From assembly GCA_043771635.1 (NCBI GenBank), contig JAYVHA010000019.1, forward strand, positions 1,248 through 65,247: a stretch of DNA of 64,000 nucleotides, in the 5' to 3' direction. Positions 59,001 through 64,000 of the stretch are shown piece by piece. Both the position numbers and the translations under genes were made by a program. The notes beneath the pieces were generated by a model. The model was not told the origin of the DNA and ran no database searches. It saw only the letters and a program-made list of their open reading frames with translations. Position 1 is the first letter of the stretch. Each line of letters opens with the position of its first letter. This stretch comes from Candidatus Woesearchaeota archaeon (GTDB lineage: Archaea; Nanobdellota; Nanobdellia; Woesearchaeales; SKIA01).

Positions 59001-59848
59001 AAAAGTATATCGGAATTGACTTAGGCGGAACTAAGATAGAAGCAATTCGGTTCAATGGCAAGAAAGTAGAAGCAACATGTCGAGTCGCCACTAAGTCTGA
59101 AGCCGGATACAAACAAGTTCTTGCAAATATTGTCACAGCAGCAGCATCTGTGCGCACACCCGATGTTTGTGCTGTCGGACTTGCCATTCCAGGAATAGTA
59201 CACATTGACAGAATCATAGGCTCTGGAGTCTTGGGTTCGATTCTTAACGGCAAAAAAGTTGCAGGTGACCTAAGTAAGATACTGAAACTTCCAGTTGTAA
59301 TGCAAAACGATGCAAAGCTGTTTGCACTTGCTGAATGGCAAATAGGCGCCGCCAAAGGCAAGAGGCACGTTGTAGGCCTCATCATCGGCACTGGAGTTGG
59401 CGCAGGAATAATTATTGACGGGAACTTATTGCATGGAGCAGTAGGTGCCGCAGGCGAAGTCGGCGAAGCGCCATACCGTGAGAGCACATACGAGCACTAC
59501 GTAGCAGGACCCGCGTATTACTCTATGTACCACGAAGCAGGCGGCAAGGAAAATAATATTTCTACCAAAGAAATAATGACGCGGCCGCGCCCAGATAAAG
59601 CAATAAGCGCGGCGCGAGAGCAAACTCTTGATGCAACGGCGCATCTTTTAGCCACAATTATTAGCGCATACAATCCTGAAGTTATTGTTATCGGCGGCGG
59701 CGTATCGCTATCCTTGGACATTAAGCGCCTAAAAGAGCGAACAAAACAATATACGTTTCCCGCACTATTCAGAAGCTGTAAGATTGTTCGCCATAAAATC
59801 TCAGATTCTGCCGGCGCAATTGGCGCTGCAATGCTTGCGCACGAGTAG
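58997..59848 (+). CDS. ROK-family sugar kinase (glucokinase-like)
   Basis: N-terminal IGIDLGGTK. The ROK signature GTGVGAGIIIDGNLLHGAVGAAGEVG. 4-nt overlap with the GH15 gene. Confidence 0.8.
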   Translation: MKKYIGIDLGGTKIEAIRFNGKKVEATCRVATKSEAGYKQVLANIVTAAASVRTPDVCAVGLAIPGIVHIDRIIGSGVLGSILNGKKVAGDLSKILKLPVVMQNDAKLFALAEWQIGAAKGKRHVVGLIIGTGVGAGIIIDGNLLHGAVGAAGEVGEAPYRESTYEHYVAGPAYYSMYHEAGGKENNISTKEIMTRPRPDKAISAAREQTLDATAHLLATIISAYNPEVIVIGGGVSLSLDIKRLKERTKQYTFPALFRSCKIVRHKISDSAGAIGAAMLAHE

Positions 59849-59960
59849 AAATAACTTATTTCTAGGCAAATCGAATTGACAACGCGTTGTTAATGCAATA
59901 GACAATAGTAGAATTGAGAAAGAAGAAAAAAAAGATGAAAAAGATAGCAGCCTAGGGAGC

Positions 59961-60332
59961 TTAATCGCGAGCGAGCGCGAAAACTGCCTTAATTGCAACG
60001 ACTACTGTTGCCGGAACAAACAGAGTCATTAGGTTTGTGAATGCACTCACAAGCCAGCCACCGAAAAATCCGCCAAGCGTCGAGAACGAGCTTACAGCTG
60101 CCGTACTTACGAAAACGAGAATCGCTGACGTAATTAGGAACTGGTGCGTTTCGCTGCCGGAGACGTTAAGCCAACCAACTGCAATACCGATGATTACAAG
60201 TGCTATTGCAAGCCACTGGTCCACTGCTGGGCCAACGCTTACGAAGCCAAGTAGAAGTGCTACGATTACACCGATGGTGAATGCCCAACTACCTACCATA
60301 TTTGAAGATTTCTTTGCCATTGTATTATTCAC
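59961..60332 (-). CDS. Small membrane protein, hypothetical
   Basis: 123 aa with 4 TM helices. Confidence 0.3.
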   Translation of the reverse strand: MNNTMAKKSSNMVGSWAFTIGVIVALLLGFVSVGPAVDQWLAIALVIIGIAVGWLNVSGSETHQFLITSAILVFVSTAAVSSFSTLGGFFGGWLVSAFTNLMTLFVPATVVVAIKAVFALARD

Positions 60333-60541
60333 CCCCTAGTGAATTGTGATATGGGAGAGGAGGGTGTTTTTATACTTATCGTGGCCATGTAACAGGGACA
60401 AATAACGAATTAGTGATAAAAAGTTAGTCCGACAATATACCATGAATTCGAGTTTAAGTTATTTCTTCGACGACAAAATATATCATCACTATTCGCAAGT
60501 GGTGCTTTTAGTCTTAAATAATCCACAAGTAATCAAAACTC

Positions 60542-61456
60542 ATGTTAGTTACTACTGACGCAATGCTCAAAGCTGCGCAAAAAGGCGGTTACGCCGTTGG
60601 CCACTTCAATACAAGCGACCTTGAGTTCACTCAAGCAATTATTGAGGCAGCAACCGAGCTGAAAAGCCCAGTTATTATTGCGACCAGCGTTAAAGCGCTT
60701 GAATTCGCCGGCACCTCAAACATCGCTGCAATAGTGCGAAAGCTTGCCGACGAGGCAGCGGTGCCTATTGCCCTGCACCTAGACCACGGACCAAATCTGA
60801 AATGGGTAGAAGAATGCCTAGAAAACGGCTACACCTCAATCATGCTAGATGCGTCCAGCAAGCCATACGAAGAAAATGTTGCGCTCACGAAGTTCGCAGT
60901 GGAACTTGCAGCCATCAAAGGCGTACCTGTTGAAGCCGAGCTCGGTGTGCTCAAAGGCGTTGAAGATGATGTGCAAGCAGCCGAGCACATCTATACAGAC
61001 CCTGCAGTTGCAGCCCGCTTCGTCGCAGAGACAGGCTGCAAGTCGCTTGCCGTAGCAATAGGCACAAGCCACGGCGCATACAAGTTTCACGGGTCAGCGC
61101 ACCTAGACCTTGATCGCCTGGCGGCAATCCGAAAAGTAGTCCACATACCACTTGTACTTCATGGCGCAAGCGCAGTGCCACAAGAGCTACTCGTCACAGC
61201 CAATCAGTACGGCGGAAAAATTATGGACGCACAAGGCGTACCTGCAGAAGCTATACGCGCCGCAATCGAGCGCGGTATTTGTAAGGTAAATACAGATACG
61301 GATGTGCGGCTCGCGTTTACTGCAGCGGCGAGAAAGTTCTATGCAGATCATCCAGCAGACTTTGATCCGCGCTCGCTACTCGCAGTTACGCGCGCAGCAG
61401 TCAAAGCTATGGTGGCAGACCGCATTAGATTGTTTGGAAGCGACGGCAAAGCATGA
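60542..61456 (+). CDS. fba: Class II fructose-bisphosphate aldolase (FbaA/KbaY/GatY family)
   Basis: GGYAVGHFN, the metal-binding HLDHG, and TSHGAYKF. Confidence 0.85.
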   Translation: MLVTTDAMLKAAQKGGYAVGHFNTSDLEFTQAIIEAATELKSPVIIATSVKALEFAGTSNIAAIVRKLADEAAVPIALHLDHGPNLKWVEECLENGYTSIMLDASSKPYEENVALTKFAVELAAIKGVPVEAELGVLKGVEDDVQAAEHIYTDPAVAARFVAETGCKSLAVAIGTSHGAYKFHGSAHLDLDRLAAIRKVVHIPLVLHGASAVPQELLVTANQYGGKIMDAQGVPAEAIRAAIERGICKVNTDTDVRLAFTAAARKFYADHPADFDPRSLLAVTRAAVKAMVADRIRLFGSDGKA

Positions 61457-62637
61457 AAACGCTCCCACATATGACAAGCACAATATTAGTTCTTAATGCG
61501 GGCTCGAGCTCTCTAAAGTATAAATTATTTCAGGGCGAAACAGAACTACTTGCAGGTATGATTGACAGTATTGGACATAATGGCACTAGTTCAGTGCGCA
61601 CCAACGAGATAACACGTAGTTCTGCGCGTAGCACGCCGAATCATGATGACGCGATAGCTGCAGCACTAGCTACAGTGCAAGAAATATTTCCGCATGAACA
61701 AATAGACTATGTAGCGCACCGCGTTGTTCACGGCGGAGAGAATTTTACGCACCACACCGTAATTAACAAAGATATTGAGGAAGGCATACAAGAACTTGCC
61801 AAACTCGCACCACTTCATAACCCTGCGAATTTAGCAGGAATTAAAGCAGCACGCGCAGCATTACCTGATGCTACTCACATCGCATGTTTCGACACAGCGT
61901 TTCACCACACCATTCCAAAGTTCGCGTTTTTGTACGGCCTTCCTTATGCACTCTACACAGATTATGGAATTCGAAAATATGGCTTTCACGGTCTCTCTCA
62001 CGAGTACTGCGCGCAGCGAGCGTATGAAATAACCCACCATAGCGACCGCATAATTACTTGTCACCTGGGTGCAGGCAGCTCTATTTGCGCAGTACATAAT
62101 GGTCGTAGCCACGATACAACAATGGGCTTTACACCACTTGACGGATTACTAATGGCAACACGAGCAGGGGAGCTCGACCCAGACATTCCACTCTACCTTA
62201 TGGAGACACACAATTTAACTTCGCAGCAAGTTCGTAACCTTCTCAACAATGAATCAGGACTTAAAGGCCTCACTGGCAGCGGAGACTTACGCGAGGTTAA
62301 GAGACGATCGGACGCCGGCGAGAGTATGGCACAAACAGCAATAGAAATGATGTGCTACCGAATTGCGCTAAATATTGGTTCATACCACATCACGCTTGGC
62401 GGCGTGCGCGCAATCACGTTTACCGGGGGCATAGGCGAAAATGCAAGCTTCATACGCTCGCGCGTTTGTTCGCTACTTGCGCCACTCGGCGTCGTTATTG
62501 ATGACGCTGCGAATGCGCGCGGACACGACAAGATTAGTACCAGTCACTCCGCCGTTTCAGTTCATGTTATTCCTGCGAATGAAGAACTGCACATGGCACG
62601 CATCGTTCTTGCTGGACGATTTACCAATTATTCTTAG
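61453..62637 (+). CDS. ackA: Acetate kinase
   Basis: ILVLNAGSSSLKY, HRVVHGG, GFHGLSHEY. 4-nt overlap with fba. Confidence 0.85.
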   Translation: MKTLPHMTSTILVLNAGSSSLKYKLFQGETELLAGMIDSIGHNGTSSVRTNEITRSSARSTPNHDDAIAAALATVQEIFPHEQIDYVAHRVVHGGENFTHHTVINKDIEEGIQELAKLAPLHNPANLAGIKAARAALPDATHIACFDTAFHHTIPKFAFLYGLPYALYTDYGIRKYGFHGLSHEYCAQRAYEITHHSDRIITCHLGAGSSICAVHNGRSHDTTMGFTPLDGLLMATRAGELDPDIPLYLMETHNLTSQQVRNLLNNESGLKGLTGSGDLREVKRRSDAGESMAQTAIEMMCYRIALNIGSYHITLGGVRAITFTGGIGENASFIRSRVCSLLAPLGVVIDDAANARGHDKISTSHSAVSVHVIPANEELHMARIVLAGRFTNYS

Positions 62638-62710
62638 AGAGTTTTGACGACGAGGAATTCTGGAACTGACAGGCGCAAATAATATAAATCCCTGTCGGGT
62701 AACCGATATT

Positions 62711-63028
62711 ATGGTAACTGCAGTCACGAGCGAAACATTTTCCACCGAAGTAACTAAGGCAAAGGGCATTGTTGTAGCGGACTTTTGGGCAGAGTGGTGC
62801 GGACCCTGCAAGATGTATGGACCGAAGTTCGTAAAATTCGCGGAGGCGAACGCAACCCGCGCCAAGTTCGTGAAAGTAAATGTTGAAGACGCTGAGCAAA
62901 TTGCATCGCAATTCGGCGTGCAAAGCATCCCAACCACAATTTTCTTTAAAGATGGCAAAGAAATACTACGCGAGACCGGCATTCTCTCCGAGCAATATCT
63001 TGACGACGCAATTAAGAGCTTACACTAG
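62711..63028 (+). CDS. trxA: Thioredoxin
   Basis: WAEWCGPCK active site, 105 aa. Confidence 0.85.
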   Translation: MVTAVTSETFSTEVTKAKGIVVADFWAEWCGPCKMYGPKFVKFAEANATRAKFVKVNVEDAEQIASQFGVQSIPTTIFFKDGKEILRETGILSEQYLDDAIKSLH

Positions 63029-63079
63029 ATATTCCAACTCTAAGCTTTAGCAACTCTAAGCTCTTACATTTTTTTGGCA

Positions 63080-63913
63080 CTAGCAATATTTTTGTAGTTT
63101 ACCAGAATATAAGTTATGAACATTGTGTGCGAACGGTAAGCGCGCCGAATTGTAAACGGGTACTACTGACGAAATTCCTGTGTAGGAATTATAATTCTCA
63201 ATAACACGAATAATATCTTTGCAGTTATTGACCTCAAGATTCGCGTTACTAAATTCGCCGAATGGTAGGTCGGTGCTGTATCGAGCTAATAAGTACTGAG
63301 TTAAGCGTGCATCGGCTAGAACAGTGCCAGCGATTACGTCAGGATCGCGCTCAGTATGCTCAACGCCGAGTGCCACCCAATCCATACGAGAACCGTCAGT
63401 TCTACGGCCACGCGAGAGTACAAGTGGCGGGCGCACAATTCGGCGAGTTTGTCTGCCTTTAGTTTGTACGGATGCTCTAGATATTCCAAATTGACCTAAT
63501 TGAAGATGCTGTACGGCTGCTTGGTAATGGCCTATTACAGCCGTGTCTCCGAGCGCGTACATCGCTTGCAGTTCATCAATAAGCCAAGCATTACTTTCCT
63601 CTTGTGCAGCAGTTAATCCCTTAGCACTCATACCTTCATTTTCAATATTAATGGCAGAACGCGCAATATTATGGTCGCCGTTCCAAACGCTAGCACCAAG
63701 TCCATCACTACTTACACTTAGAGGAAGTAACTGATAAATCACTCCATTAAGAGTGACCGCAAAATGAGCATTAGCATTTAGTAGCATCTTTCCCATACTG
63801 CCACACATAGAGCCCTCCATGGTATGCTCTACAATAACTTTTGGAGCATCTAATGCGCCTAAGAATTTTCGCTTATTTTTTAGTAGCGACTCGTAACCAT
63901 CCGCAGGCATCAA
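63080..63913 (-). CDS. Amidase_2 (N-acetylmuramoyl-L-alanine amidase / PGRP-like) domain protein
   Basis: The N-terminal VIVEHTMEGS...WNGDHNIARSAINIENEG resembles Amidase_2 zinc-site segments. The C-terminal half is unassigned. Confidence 0.45.
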   Translation of the reverse strand: MMPADGYESLLKNKRKFLGALDAPKVIVEHTMEGSMCGSMGKMLLNANAHFAVTLNGVIYQLLPLSVSSDGLGASVWNGDHNIARSAINIENEGMSAKGLTAAQEESNAWLIDELQAMYALGDTAVIGHYQAAVQHLQLGQFGISRASVQTKGRQTRRIVRPPLVLSRGRRTDGSRMDWVALGVEHTERDPDVIAGTVLADARLTQYLLARYSTDLPFGEFSNANLEVNNCKDIIRVIENYNSYTGISSVVPVYNSARLPFAHNVHNLYSGKLQKYC

Positions 63914-64000
63914 AAAGTTAGTACGAATACGACCAACAGTAGTATTATCAGTTTCAGTATCTAATTCGCGTTGACACCAGCCTCTAATTTCATTTACCTC

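Noticed and set aside
1-64000. Alternative genetic code (UGA or UAG reassigned) as the explanation for the in-frame TGA at 17836 and the TAG in the acidic peptide frame
   Set aside because: TAA, TAG and TGA each terminate well-conserved genes at the expected positions, for example atpE (TAG), atpC, atpF and atpD (TAA), atpA and atpB (TGA).

Overview
The window looks like an archaeal chromosomal segment, probably from a small-genome DPANN-type lineage. No compositional statistic was computed.

Archaeal hallmarks present:
- Positions 124-6494 carry the 3' part of an A1A0/V-type ATP synthase operon in the order atpE-C-F-A-B-D.
- There is a long Cdc48/VCP double-AAA ATPase with insertions.
- GatD and GatE are present (the archaea-specific Glu-tRNA(Gln) amidotransferase).
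- CDP-archaeol synthase (CarS) overlaps gatE.
- An archaeal-type topoisomerase IA with C-terminal zinc ribbons is present.
- There are four tRNA genes: Arg-CCT, Thr-TGT, Asn-GTT and Ile-GAT.

Other recognisable content:
- A lipid and membrane-enzyme cluster: a CDP-alcohol phosphatidyltransferase interrupted by an in-frame TGA, DedA/TVP38, a DedA-PAP2 fusion, a PAP2-like DUF212 protein and a DoxX protein.
- A MoxR-DUF58-VWA triad.
- Thymidine kinase, TruD and adenylate kinase.
- Bacterial-looking metabolic genes: GH15 glucoamylase with a ROK kinase, a class II fructose-bisphosphate aldolase with acetate kinase, MsrB-MsrA, thioredoxin, an amidase_2 domain protein and an HPF-like hibernation factor.

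The most striking region is 34132-49338. It is a ~15 kb run of 14 co-oriented minus-strand genes, almost all encoding secreted or membrane-anchored proteins rich in N-glycosylation sequons. They include:
- a 1221-aa giant with a poly-Ser/Gly linker;
- a 724-aa protein with four Cys-rich 25-aa repeats and a large cytoplasmic tail;
- a 76%-identical tandem pair of pilin-like proteins;
- several short proteins with N-terminal hydrophobic anchors.
The run is headed by a small HTH regulator, is preceded by an unannotated RHH micro-ORF coupled to the giant gene, and abuts a tRNA-Ile/tRNA-Asn pair. Next to those tRNAs sits a Hel308-like helicase lacking its N-terminal RecA1/Walker domain.

Smaller oddities:
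- a frameshifted flavoprotein disulfide reductase;
- a small basic tandem-repeat protein with a histone H1-like KAPAKAAAK tail;
- a C9 homopolymer in a secreted-protein promoter;
- a GAC-repeat low-complexity segment;
- a partial tRNA 3'-end copy and hairpin downstream of tRNA-Arg.

No rRNA, CRISPR array, integrase or transposase was seen.
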